Source: Meyerozyma guilliermondii (lineage: Eukaryota). From it: a DNA stretch of 64,000 nt. The notes under the pieces were generated by a model. It saw nothing but the letters and a program-made list of their open reading frames with translations. It ran no database searches and was not told the DNA's origin. Shown piece after piece: positions 10,290 through 20,105 of this stretch. Position numbers and translations under genes: made by a program. The stretch spans positions 62,001-126,000 of the forward strand of contig CP128822.1 of the NCBI GenBank assembly GCA_051546255.1, read 5' to 3'. Numbering within the stretch: the first letter of the stretch is position 1; each line of letters begins with the position of its first letter.

Positions 10290-10913
10290 ATGTCGGAAGA
10301 ATTAAGTAAACAGACAGAATCGTTGTCGTTGGACAAGGAAACCGTATTGACTAACAAGTCGGAGTTCACCGCCAAGCACCCCTTGAACAACAAGTGGACT
10401 TTATGGTACACAAAGCCCCAGGTCAACAAAAGTGAAAACTGGCACGATTTGTTGAAACCCGTCATCACATTTTCGTCCGTAGAAGAGTTCTGGGGCATCT
10501 ATAATTCGATTCCTCCAGCTAACCAGCTCCCCTTGAAGTCCGATTACCATTTGTTTAAGGAGGGAATCAAGCCTGAATGGGAAGATGAACAAAATGCCAA
10601 AGGAGGAAAATGGCAATATTCATTTTCTAACAAGATTGGACCAGCTATCAATGATTTGTGGTTGCGTGGATTATTGTCGGTGATTGGTGAGACCATTGAA
10701 GATGAAGAAGACGAAGTAAATGGAATTGTTTTGAACGTAAGAAGACAAGCAATCAGAATTGGAGTGTGGACCAAAGACTGTGACAATGCCAAGTTACGAA
10801 CGGTTGGCGAGCGGTTGAAGAAGGTTTTGAAGTTGTCAGACGACCAGAAGATCGATTTCATGTCGCACGACGATTCTGGAAAGAAGGGGGCCGAGCCTCA
10901 GTTAGTGTTGTAG
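10290..10913 (+). CDS. CDC33: Translation initiation factor eIF4E
   Basis: KHPLNNKWTLWY, SVEEFW, IKPEWEDEQNAKGGKW. ATG at 10290. Confidence 0.97.
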   Translation: MSEELSKQTESLSLDKETVLTNKSEFTAKHPLNNKWTLWYTKPQVNKSENWHDLLKPVITFSSVEEFWGIYNSIPPANQLPLKSDYHLFKEGIKPEWEDEQNAKGGKWQYSFSNKIGPAINDLWLRGLLSVIGETIEDEEDEVNGIVLNVRRQAIRIGVWTKDCDNAKLRTVGERLKKVLKLSDDQKIDFMSHDDSGKKGAEPQLVL

Positions 10914-11140
10914 ATGCAATAAAGAGTAGGACGATGCGGTGTAGACAAAGAAAGAGACAAGAGATTGAAAAGGAAAAAGAGGACAAAAACAAGAAGAACT
11001 GAAATGTATGAGGAGGATTTATAAATTACTAAGAGTGAAACTTGGACTGCCTTGGTATACTTTGATCACACGACATTAACTTCTCAATAACTTTTCTCAT
11101 CTTTTCGGCCATTACAACCTTTACACTTTAGTCATTTACT

Positions 11141-11308
11141 ACAGTTTTCATTACTTTCCTTCCATTAACACACTGTTTCATTACTTCCATTCAACAAACT
11201 GTTTCGTTACTTTCCATTCATTTAGTAAATTTCATTTGTCCTCTTCTTCTTTCATTTAACCCTCTCCTTCTTTCATTTAACCCTCTCCTTCTTTCATTTA
11301 ATCCTCTT
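11141..11308. repeat. Pyrimidine-rich tandem repeats
   Basis: About three imperfect ~27-bp units (ACTGTTTCATTACTTCCATT...), then three 21-bp units CTTCTTTCATTTAACCCTCTC at 11246-11308. Confidence 0.85.
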
Positions 11309-11332
11309 CCTTTATTCCCAGCCTCTCCATTT

Positions 11333-12208
11333 TTATCCTATGCGCTCCAAAAACTCCTCAATGTGGTCCCAGTATCCCGCCTGAATCACAGTGTCGTTAT
11401 GCAGCGAATCAAACTTGTACATCAGTTTGTTATCACTTCTTAGTAAAGAGAAAATCCGGTCCATATGAGGCGGGGGGACGATTTCGTCGTTGCGGGCACT
11501 AAGCAAGAGCGCTGGGACTGATGCGGGAATCTTGGGCACTAGCTTTTCCAGGTCCCATTTCTGGTGAACAAAGTTGGCGAATATCTTGAGAAAGGGAAAA
11601 ATATGAGGCACAGTTTTTCGGATAGACAAGAATGTGTTTTCCAAAATCATCCCAGAGATATAGTAGCCGTAGCGGGATGCAATATAGATGGCCACAGCAC
11701 CACCAAGCGAACGTCCGTAGAGAACGATATGCGACGAACTGTACTGAGAATCACTACGCAAATAATCCACCACTCTATCGGCGTCTAGTTTGAGACCCAC
11801 TTCCGACGGCTTTCCAGTAGACTTGCCGTAGCCTCGGTAAGAGTAAATGAACACATTGCAGTTCAAATTTTTGTAGAACATGGCTACAAGTGGAAGCGCA
11901 TGGCCAATATTTCCAGCATTTGGCGAGAGCATCACCACGGTTTTGTTTGTGTAGTCACGCTGGTTGCGGTCATGTTTGAGCAGATAACAGTGAAGAGTTT
12001 CGCCATCTTTGGTTTTCAAATGAAGTGTTTCAAAATCCATATCGTATTCATCTGGAGTAGCACAATGTCCATGGCCATCATTGAGAGATGCTGGGTAGAT
12101 GAGACTGCTCTGGTAGGTGTAGAGACCATAGAGCACCAACGCACCAACCGCCAAACCCACCTGGGCCATAGTTTTAAAGACGGTGGTGATTCTCACGATT
12201 AGTTTCAT
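11333..12208 (-). CDS. Bem46/ABHD13-family serine hydrolase with N-terminal TM (YNL320W-like)
   Basis: PNAGNIG, YRGYGKS, GRSLGG, ENTFLS, HNDT. Start is 12208 or 12169. Confidence 0.9.
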   Translation of the reverse strand: MKLIVRITTVFKTMAQVGLAVGALVLYGLYTYQSSLIYPASLNDGHGHCATPDEYDMDFETLHLKTKDGETLHCYLLKHDRNQRDYTNKTVVMLSPNAGNIGHALPLVAMFYKNLNCNVFIYSYRGYGKSTGKPSEVGLKLDADRVVDYLRSDSQYSSSHIVLYGRSLGGAVAIYIASRYGYYISGMILENTFLSIRKTVPHIFPFLKIFANFVHQKWDLEKLVPKIPASVPALLLSARNDEIVPPPHMDRIFSLLRSDNKLMYKFDSLHNDTVIQAGYWDHIEEFLERIG

Positions 12209-12248
12209 CAACAAAACTTTCGCGCGAAATTTGACTGTGAATTTGGTT

Positions 12249-14534
12249 ATGCTTCGCTACCACTGCGAGCGGGAAACCCTGTGTCTTTCCCAACTCAATT
12301 TTGGTGTCCAGGGGGGAAACCACCATGTTGTACTAGGCGGCAAGAACACCCTTAAACTTCTTGTGTTGTCTCAAGACCAGCGCCAGATACTAAGAGATAT
12401 CAACTTATTGGACTCTCGGTCCAAGCTTAACAACATAAATACCATAAAAACAAACGAAAACAAAATTGCTTGTGGACTCACCTCGGGCAGTATAGCCCTC
12501 TACGGTACCAGAAACAACGGCAAAACGTATCCTTTACAACGACTAAATGATCATAAAAGATGTATCAACAGCCTTGATTTCCCAGATACAAACCTGTTGA
12601 TCTCGGGTTCTCAAGACGGTACCATAAAACTCTGGGATCTCCGTCTGCCTGCTGGTCATGCTTCGGTCACCCTTGTTTCCGGTCCTCATGCCGATCCCGT
12701 ACGTGCTTGCCAACATTCACCACATGCTCCAGCTCGCAATAAATTGACAATTCTTTCGGTTCACGATTCAGGAACTCTCCACAAATATGACCTCAGAATG
12801 TCCAACCAGCCGTGTCGCCGCTGGAACTTCCACACGGGACCAGCACTCTCGCTTAGCATCCACCCAACTGCCGAATATGTGCTCACAGGAAGTCGAGATC
12901 ACAAGATTTGTGTTTGCAGTTACAACGAAACTTCCACCATGCCTGAAGTCACCGTGAATACTTTTGGACCAGTGATGAAGGTGCGGTGGAGCCCTTATGA
13001 ATCGGACGCCGATTTTAACACCCCAGACCTCTACCGCTATGATTTTGCATGCTCCTACCTTAACGAGGTACCCACTATTGCCGTATACAATCTCCGCCGA
13101 AAATTTATTGCAAGAGAACTCGTTTCTACATCTTCCGATCGTCCGTTCCAAAACTTTTTGTGGGCGCAAAACCCAGAAGGACGCCGTAAACTTTGGACCA
13201 TTACAAAGTCCAACTTGTTCATGGCCCATGACCTCGACGACTCTGCCAATGTTTCCAAGCCTTTAGAGCAAATGCCGTCCACGGCTGTATCGTTGTCAGC
13301 CAACAATCTCTCGTTTGTATCCAATTCCAAGCTGGATTTCGAGGCTCCAGACGTCCACACATCACCTTCAGTCCATCCCGTCACCCTTCCTATCCACGAT
13401 AACCACTCGGTTGTTGCTGAAAATTACCTTTATAATGTTCCAGACGGTTTTGACATCCCCACCGTTTGCGAGTTCAATTCCAACGTTGCACAGAATGCCG
13501 GTCGTCTTCGAGACGCTCACACTTGGCGCATCATTGGTGCTGGGTTTGGCATCGAAACCTCGTATGTGGAACCCGAGCCCGTGGACCCGGTAGCAGACGA
13601 GTCGCAGTCTTCAGAATCAGAATTGAACTTTGGTAATTCTTCGCTGACACTGACTACTCATTATGGAGGTCTGCTGGGTCGCAGCCGCAGTGATCTTGGA
13701 ATCCTGAAAAGCACGTCGCTGAGCAATCTTATCGACCTTATAAAACAGCATCGAAACAGTTCGATGTCGCTCTCTGAAAGTCCGGCAAAACGAGAAAGTT
13801 TCACCAAAAATATCCGCCCACTTTCTGAGAGCTTTGCATCGGAAACAACCGACCCCCCGTCACTCCGAAAGCAGTCGTCAATGCCGCTCATCGCAAACGA
13901 CCCAGATACAAAATTACCACTCCGCCGAGCGTCTTCGGTGAGACCGCTTTCCACCGTTGAAGAATCGCAGCTTTCCAAAGTGCTCTCCAATCTTCCGTTG
14001 CAAAATCGCCTGGAACCATGGCAATCAAAACTGCTTGTTACGGCGGCACTAGACTACTCGACATCCCAGGGAGATCTCGTGCTTGCGTGTGCGTTAACCC
14101 TTTTATTCTACGACCGCTACAAATACCTGAAAGGGTTCGAGCCGTGGGCTTGTAAAGAACGCATCGCTCAGTACATCGACGTTCTTCACCAGTGGAGGCT
14201 CTTTTCCGTGGCCCTGGCGGTGATCAATCTGGTGCCTAAAGACTTGGAGGAACTAAGAGCTTTGAAGGAAGTGGACCTCAGATTTTTCTGTTGTTTCTGT
14301 GACAAAGTCATACTCAATGAAAATAAGAACAAACACGATTTTGGATACTGGTACTGTGACCTGTGCTCAAGGCAACAACCAAACTGCGTTTATTGTCACG
14401 AGCCGTGTCATGGCTTAAATGTGGTTCGAAGTCTCAAATGCGGCCATCGGGGCCACTTTGGCTGCTTGAAACAATGGTTCGTGGAAGAGGGAAATAGCGA
14501 GTGTCCCGGTGGATGTGTCATGCAATTGGAGTAG
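12249..14534 (+). CDS. RTC1: Rtc1/Sea2 (WDR24) SEACAT/GATOR2 subunit
   Basis: N-terminal WD40 (SGSQDGTIKLWDLR) and C-terminal RING (CVYC...CGHRGHFGC...W...CPGGC). First ATG at 12249. Confidence 0.9.
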   Translation: MLRYHCERETLCLSQLNFGVQGGNHHVVLGGKNTLKLLVLSQDQRQILRDINLLDSRSKLNNINTIKTNENKIACGLTSGSIALYGTRNNGKTYPLQRLNDHKRCINSLDFPDTNLLISGSQDGTIKLWDLRLPAGHASVTLVSGPHADPVRACQHSPHAPARNKLTILSVHDSGTLHKYDLRMSNQPCRRWNFHTGPALSLSIHPTAEYVLTGSRDHKICVCSYNETSTMPEVTVNTFGPVMKVRWSPYESDADFNTPDLYRYDFACSYLNEVPTIAVYNLRRKFIARELVSTSSDRPFQNFLWAQNPEGRRKLWTITKSNLFMAHDLDDSANVSKPLEQMPSTAVSLSANNLSFVSNSKLDFEAPDVHTSPSVHPVTLPIHDNHSVVAENYLYNVPDGFDIPTVCEFNSNVAQNAGRLRDAHTWRIIGAGFGIETSYVEPEPVDPVADESQSSESELNFGNSSLTLTTHYGGLLGRSRSDLGILKSTSLSNLIDLIKQHRNSSMSLSESPAKRESFTKNIRPLSESFASETTDPPSLRKQSSMPLIANDPDTKLPLRRASSVRPLSTVEESQLSKVLSNLPLQNRLEPWQSKLLVTAALDYSTSQGDLVLACALTLLFYDRYKYLKGFEPWACKERIAQYIDVLHQWRLFSVALAVINLVPKDLEELRALKEVDLRFFCCFCDKVILNENKNKHDFGYWYCDLCSRQQPNCVYCHEPCHGLNVVRSLKCGHRGHFGCLKQWFVEEGNSECPGGCVMQLE

Positions 14535-14546
14535 TTTTGAAAAAAT

Positions 14547-15230
14547 TCATATCAAATCAATATCTCCCAGTTGGATGTACCGCTCAATCAAGCTGTAGCG
14601 AACAACGTAGATTCCACCCGCTACCAATTCAAAATCTTCTTCCAGCGTGGAAACAGTTAGATCTCGTCCTCCTATGCGTACAAACACAAGCTCATTAGTA
14701 TCTGGGGCCGTAATCATTGACTGTCCTCCACTGGTATCATCCAACAAGGTGAGAAACTCGGGCATTTTTTTCAAAAAACTATTATTGTAAAGTTTCGTCA
14801 AAATCTTGAAATGGCTCCGCAAGTACTCGAGCTCGGCCTGGGATAGTATTTTGTTGTCGGCATCCAGAGTCAAATTGATGTAATACAAATTATAATCGTC
14901 GAGTTTGGCGAGTCGAGCTCGAAGATATACTCGTACAAGAAAGTTGAGTCTTTCGATATCTGTCTCGATTATCATTAGTTGGAGCTTGAAGTCACCGCTT
15001 ACAAGCCCCAGGTCGGCATTGGAGTCGCCGTACTCGTGGCAATCCAATAAATATTGTTGTTGGTTCTCGATCTGAGTCAAAGTTTCTTGCATTAATTCAT
15101 GTTCATATGGTAAGATTTCCGGAGCCATTCTTTCATTAAGCATTGCCTGGGTGAGACGGGCACTTATATTGGCCTTGGCGGGCTTGGCACTGCTAGCCTC
15201 AAAGTCTCGAAGAATATCATCAACCTCCAT
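14547..15230 (-). CDS. SLD5: GINS subunit Sld5
   Basis: NERMAPEILPY and ETDIERLNFLVRVYLRARLAKLD. ATG at 15230. Confidence 0.93.
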   Translation of the reverse strand: MEVDDILRDFEASSAKPAKANISARLTQAMLNERMAPEILPYEHELMQETLTQIENQQQYLLDCHEYGDSNADLGLVSGDFKLQLMIIETDIERLNFLVRVYLRARLAKLDDYNLYYINLTLDADNKILSQAELEYLRSHFKILTKLYNNSFLKKMPEFLTLLDDTSGGQSMITAPDTNELVFVRIGGRDLTVSTLEEDFELVAGGIYVVRYSLIERYIQLGDIDLI

Positions 15231-15272
15231 ACTAAAGAAGATGAAGAAGCGCGCGCGCTTGTCTTTTTCAGT

Positions 15273-16667
15273 ATGGACAGGCACCAATTATTGGAGCAAA
15301 AAAGACAGCGACTTGAAGAGCTACGGAGTCGGAAAAAAGCTGAAAATGACCACAAGCCTGCGAAAAACGATTTTGCTATCCAAAAAGACTGGGAAGTGCC
15401 TCCAGTGGTCACTTTAAAGGAGCGTATAACCATCGATAAGGCTGTACAAATCGGACCAGAAAATGAAAAGAAAGAAGAAAGTGAGAAAAAAGATGAAGAA
15501 CAAGGTGAAGAGATAAAACTGGACGTTTCTGGGAACATTAATGTTGGACCTTCTCCCCTCCATGACTGGACCATAATCAATGCCACACTCCGAGACGCCA
15601 TTCGTGATCTTGGCAAACTATCCATCCCCCAGCCTCCTCGAGACTACATCAGTACTCCAAAAACAATGTCAACTCCTACAAATAAACTTCAAAAATTGTC
15701 AACTTCTTTTCATGGAACCCCAACTGCGATGGCTAAATCCTCCATAAATGGCCTTCTAGCTGTTGCTTACTCTTGCAAGGCAGTCGTTTACAGCATAGAG
15801 CCTCAATTGTTTCCTGAGTATTACTTGGAAAGCGTGTCGCCAATAACCGCTATACTATTTGATTCTGAATCTCCGTCTCGAATAATAGGTGGTTTGAAAT
15901 CCGGTTCTGTCGTTGTATGGGATTTGAATAACCAAATATCAAAAACGGTGTCATATCTACCATCTATACGATCTCCAATGTTCCCAATTGCTCCCAGCAT
16001 CAAACATAAGCATACTTTTTTGCATCACAAGTCAGCTATATGCGGTCTCGTTCACCGCCATGGCTCTGAATTTGCCTCGATTTCTCACGACGGGGTGGTC
16101 AATGCATGGTCGAGTCATATATTGGCGGCTCCACACCGAGATTCAATTCAACTAAATAACCCTGTTCAAAAAGTGTTTCCTCGAAATGGCCTAAAATCGT
16201 CTGATGCTTTCATCAACGACTGGGTGATTTTACATGAAAATGGAACTGTAATTCTCAACGATACCAAGTTCCAAGACTCCAGCTCGTGTCGAATGACTGA
16301 CGCTTTCATTTCCAATAACTTATTTATCGCATCTGGTCTCGATTGGACCATCCATATATGGCATTTAAACCTGGGAAAAATCTTCAAGGTGGTCAATTCA
16401 GATATTTTAATCTACTCCATGAGTCAGAGACCGGAATACCAGCACCAATTCATAGCCATTGGAGTTTCAATTACAGGTGAGATTATTCTTCAACTATGGG
16501 ACCTAGACGAGTCCAAACCAATACTTCAAATGTTGGTCGATAAAGACGAAGATTTGCCCCGGTTACCCACTTTTCAAACGTCAGAATTGCAGGTTCTCTT
16601 CATGACCGAAAAGGATATAGTTGTGGGAAGTAAGAACTTGTGTCTATGGCGTTTATATAATGTCTAA
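15273..16667 (+). CDS. PAC11: Cytoplasmic dynein intermediate chain
   Basis: MDRHQLLEQKRQRLEELRSRK N-terminal helix, DKAVQI (Dyn2/LC8-like site), WD40 C-terminus. Confidence 0.8.
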   Translation: MDRHQLLEQKRQRLEELRSRKKAENDHKPAKNDFAIQKDWEVPPVVTLKERITIDKAVQIGPENEKKEESEKKDEEQGEEIKLDVSGNINVGPSPLHDWTIINATLRDAIRDLGKLSIPQPPRDYISTPKTMSTPTNKLQKLSTSFHGTPTAMAKSSINGLLAVAYSCKAVVYSIEPQLFPEYYLESVSPITAILFDSESPSRIIGGLKSGSVVVWDLNNQISKTVSYLPSIRSPMFPIAPSIKHKHTFLHHKSAICGLVHRHGSEFASISHDGVVNAWSSHILAAPHRDSIQLNNPVQKVFPRNGLKSSDAFINDWVILHENGTVILNDTKFQDSSSCRMTDAFISNNLFIASGLDWTIHIWHLNLGKIFKVVNSDILIYSMSQRPEYQHQFIAIGVSITGEIILQLWDLDESKPILQMLVDKDEDLPRLPTFQTSELQVLFMTEKDIVVGSKNLCLWRLYNV

Positions 16668-16668
16668 T

Positions 16669-18024
16669 TTACAAAAACTTGGTGTATATGCTCTCTTTCT
16701 TGGTGATTGTCAAGTCTGAGTTGACAGAAATGCAGTTGTTAGTAGCAAGCACCAAAACCTCAAAGAAACATTTACTCGCTTCTCGGCGCTTGTTGATCTT
16801 ATTTTCTTCCTTCATTCCAAGTGGTTTTTGAGATTTCATATCCTCATGGACAACATCGGAAAACTCTACAGTGTCCTTTTCATCAAATTTTTCTCTCAAA
16901 AGATTTGCAATTTGCATCGACGATTGGGCATTGCTAGATATGGGTTCTTGTGGGAACTCTATCTCAGGAAGCGATAAGTCCAAGTCCAAATTACCAAACT
17001 CAAAGTTAGGCTCCTCCTCTTCCTGCTGCTCTTTATGCTGTTCCTCTTGCATGGCAAGCTCCTCGCAAACCTCTTGCAATTGAGAGTCAAGAGCAAAACG
17101 CCGGCGCTTATTCGTAGAGAGCTCTTGAATTAAGTTAAGCTTGTCCTGCTCCGATAAATGGAAGTCGAAAGAGTGGACGGTGAGGTCACGTAATCGGAGC
17201 TGCAGCAACCGCTTCAATTCATGTATCGAGATTCCTCGTTCCAATTCTTGTGGAGAATCGATGACTAGTTTCCTCTTGAGCTTTCTTTGGTTCTTTGGAG
17301 CACGTTGGACTGGAGTTTTAGGAGGCGGTACCTCTTCATGAATCGATTCTGCGTCCAAAGTCTGTAAAGGTTCACCTATATCAAAGTTGAGGTCATCGTG
17401 CAAGTCCATGAGCGACATATCTCCTGCCGCATTGACGCCAGGCGCGTTTCTACCCATTTCGATCGACTGATCCAAATTAAAATCCAATTCCAAATCGACA
17501 TCGTTATTATCGGGTTCATGAATGTCTGCATTTCTTCCATATTCTATAGATGTGTCCATTGTATCATCGGGTAATGCCAGATTGAGGTTGCGGAAGAGAG
17601 TTGTGGGCACTTCGTCATCGAGTCGTAAGTCTTCTTGGTACAACAAGTTGAGGTCAGTAACCTGATCCTGAAGCGTTATGGACGAGATGTTGGTGATAAC
17701 TTGGTTTTGTGGAGCTGCCGTGACTTGAATCGCATCGGAAGACACGCCGGTGGCGTAACGGAACGAATTTTTGAGTTTAAACAAGATATCATTGACATCA
17801 TCAAGCAAGTATTTCGTCTTTCTGGAGTAGATACGCACAATTCCAAGCAATAATTGGCCAGATAAACGAAGGTTGATGGTCCCTGGGGTTTCATTGTGTG
17901 TTATTAATGACGAAGAATGGACAATATTTGCAGATAAAAGTTGGTGTTTTGTGAGTTTTTTATCGTAGTTTGCTGCCAACCATACGGGAGCCAATGGGCT
18001 CTGGCGAGAAACAATGTCAGTCAT
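16669..18024 (-). CDS. MCD1: Cohesin kleisin Mcd1/Scc1/Rad21
   Basis: PLAPVWLAAN, LRLSGQLLLGIVRIYSRK, RREASKCFFEVLVLAT, and separase-like sites SIEYGR and SIEMGR. Confidence 0.95.
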   Translation of the reverse strand: MTDIVSRQSPLAPVWLAANYDKKLTKHQLLSANIVHSSSLITHNETPGTINLRLSGQLLLGIVRIYSRKTKYLLDDVNDILFKLKNSFRYATGVSSDAIQVTAAPQNQVITNISSITLQDQVTDLNLLYQEDLRLDDEVPTTLFRNLNLALPDDTMDTSIEYGRNADIHEPDNNDVDLELDFNLDQSIEMGRNAPGVNAAGDMSLMDLHDDLNFDIGEPLQTLDAESIHEEVPPPKTPVQRAPKNQRKLKRKLVIDSPQELERGISIHELKRLLQLRLRDLTVHSFDFHLSEQDKLNLIQELSTNKRRRFALDSQLQEVCEELAMQEEQHKEQQEEEEPNFEFGNLDLDLSLPEIEFPQEPISSNAQSSMQIANLLREKFDEKDTVEFSDVVHEDMKSQKPLGMKEENKINKRREASKCFFEVLVLATNNCISVNSDLTITKKESIYTKFL

Positions 18025-18214
18025 GAGTGCTTTAGTCTAAGTTTCCACACGAAATTTGGTAAAAATTTGGAAAATAGTTGCGGTTTAGCTGGGTTCTAAA
18101 GACTCTTTGTACAAACCGCGTCGCGTAAACATTGATGGTGTTGTTCCTGCATGCACTCTAGGTGCTTCTAGTCAAAAGTGCGACATCGGTGCACCTGCTT
18201 CTCCACTCTTTCTG

Positions 18215-18958
18215 ATGAACTTGGAGGAAAAGCTACGCCTGTCTCTCGACGATGTTCTCTGTACTTCTGGATACATATTTGAGATCATAGGCAACAACAG
18301 AAAGCAGAGCAATCTTTTGACTGGAACAAACAATCTGTTAATTACTCCTGCTGTTACAAACTCACTTGCTCGGAGTCTAGCCAAATTCGATGAGGTTCTA
18401 GATGATACCATATCCAAGTTCAATGACACTCGATGGTGTGTGGAGCAGATAGTGGAGAATAAGCAGCGGCAGAAGGAACAAAAAGCGAGAGAAGAAGAGG
18501 AGCGGAAACGACTAGATGATGAAAAACGGAAGGAAGACGAACGGAAACAAGAAGAAAAAGTGAAGCAAGAGAAACAACGCCAAGAAGATGAACGTAGGCT
18601 GCGTGAGAGCCAGATTGAAGTTGGGGGAGGTCGGAATGTCGGCGGCACGGAAAGCCAGGGTGTTTCACCGGTGTTTGATTTCAACTTTAATGAGCTTCCA
18701 GAAGAACCAAGTAATGAAAACAAAGCGCAAGATATTCCCGACCCGGCAGACATTCTTCAGAGTATACAGTACGGCGAAGGGCAGAAGAAGGACGCTATGG
18801 ATCTCGACATGAATAATATATTGGGTAATGACGAGCTGCTACTTGGTGGCTTGAATATGGACTTTTTGGACCCGGGACTTGACCAGCCCCAGCAAGATGC
18901 AAATGATGATGACTTTGACGTCGACAGTTTCTTGAACCAGTTTGCGGGCGGAGCATAG
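18215..18958 (+). CDS. MED2: Mediator tail subunit Med2 (ortholog of the Candida TLO/CTA2 family)
   Basis: SLDDVLCTSGYIFEII..NRKQSN...LDDTISKFNDTRWC matches the Tlo Med2 domain. KE-rich linker, then acidic tail ending DFDVDSFLNQF. Confidence 0.88.
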   Translation: MNLEEKLRLSLDDVLCTSGYIFEIIGNNRKQSNLLTGTNNLLITPAVTNSLARSLAKFDEVLDDTISKFNDTRWCVEQIVENKQRQKEQKAREEEERKRLDDEKRKEDERKQEEKVKQEKQRQEDERRLRESQIEVGGGRNVGGTESQGVSPVFDFNFNELPEEPSNENKAQDIPDPADILQSIQYGEGQKKDAMDLDMNNILGNDELLLGGLNMDFLDPGLDQPQQDANDDDFDVDSFLNQFAGGA

Positions 18959-19002
18959 AAATCGGAAACCATTTCACAGCCATTTGCATCGGTATGTATT
19001 TC

Positions 19003-19012
19003 GTCACGTGAC
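19003..19012. promoter_or_regulatory. Cbf1-type E-box palindrome upstream of ATP16
   Basis: GTCACGTGAC. A CCAATCA (Hap complex) box also lies at 19176-19182. Confidence 0.6.
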
Positions 19013-19232
19013 CTATCCCATTTACTAGTCCATTTCACAAATGATGGTCACCACCTCACATTCAGCCCACTCCTACTCTCATCACCCCATACCATCCACA
19101 CCAGCCTTATAATCTCCACTCGATCTCACGCCATACTAGTCTTTCATCACGTTGTGTGTACTGCACACAGCCTATCCAATCACAGTGTGCGCGCACACGG
19201 AAACCGGAATTTTCATTTCGACAATCATCACC

Positions 19233-19718
19233 ATGTTCAGACAATCCATTCGTCAAGTGGCCAGACAGTCGTCCAACATTGTCAGAAGAGGCTATGCCAC
19301 CGAGACTACTACTGGCTCGGATGCCTTGAAGTTGTCGTTGGCTTTGCCTCATCAAACTTTGTATTCGGAGTCAGAAGTGCAACAGGTGAATCTTCCATCC
19401 ATCAATGGAGATTTGGGTATTTTGGCTAACCATATTCCAATTGTGGAGCAGTTGAGACCAGGATTGTTGGAGATCATTTCCAAGGGTGGAGAGACAGAAC
19501 AATACTTTGTTAGTGGAGGTATTGCTACTGTGCAACCTGGTAACAAATTGACCATCAGTGCTATTGAGGCATTCAAGCCCGATCAATTCGATGCTCTGGC
19601 TGTCAAGCAATTGATTGCCGACGCCCAGAAGAGAGCTGGATCATCAGACGAAGTGGTTGTTGCCGAAGCTAACATTGAGCTTGAAGTGTTGGAGGCATTG
19701 CAGGGTGTAGCAAAGTAG
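19233..19718 (+). CDS. ATP16: Mitochondrial F1 ATP synthase delta subunit
   Basis: Presequence MFRQSIRQVAR, then QVNLP..GDLGILANHIPIVEQLRPG and FVSGG. Confidence 0.97.
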   Translation: MFRQSIRQVARQSSNIVRRGYATETTTGSDALKLSLALPHQTLYSESEVQQVNLPSINGDLGILANHIPIVEQLRPGLLEIISKGGETEQYFVSGGIATVQPGNKLTISAIEAFKPDQFDALAVKQLIADAQKRAGSSDEVVVAEANIELEVLEALQGVAK

Positions 19719-20105
19719 CATAATGAACAGATAAGTGGATGCTGTAGGAAAGGATACTGAAGACAAAGTAAGAGCAGAATCAGCAGTTGCAATACTCTGT
19801 AACTGCTGTAGAGTCAGCAGTGCAATGGGAACTCTGTACTTGCCGTAGTAATAGCTGTAGGAACTCTGTTCATGTCTTGTAATTTTACTTCAAGCAACAA
19901 GTTCTTTAATTTCAATTCTTTGTTACCATTCCTCTATACCTCTTCCCGCCTCTCCTCCACCTCTTCCTCCACAGGTTCTCTCGGAACCTTAATCGGGCCC
20001 GGCTCCATCTCCATATTCGGAAGAATAACCGGATTTTTTCAGTGCGATTGTGGGGCAATTGCGGTATATAAAGTGGGGGTTCTTCATCCAACTTTCTTCA
20101 CCATT

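Noticed and set aside
11000..11100. Possible C/D snoRNA (ATGAGGA)
   Set aside because: No matching CTGA D box or terminal stem.
11246..11308. CRISPR-like array
   Set aside because: Eukaryotic context, head-to-tail repeats without spacers, no cas genes.
19003..19140. Point centromere (CDEI-like GTCACGTG)
   Set aside because: No AT-rich CDEII or CDEIII, and this clade lacks point centromeres.
19872..20105. N-terminal extensions in the ORF track (XYL2, BFR2, GEM1, PRT1, ATP16, eIF4E, RRS1)
   Set aside because: They cover promoter DNA, often begin at non-ATG codons, and homology starts at the downstream ATG.
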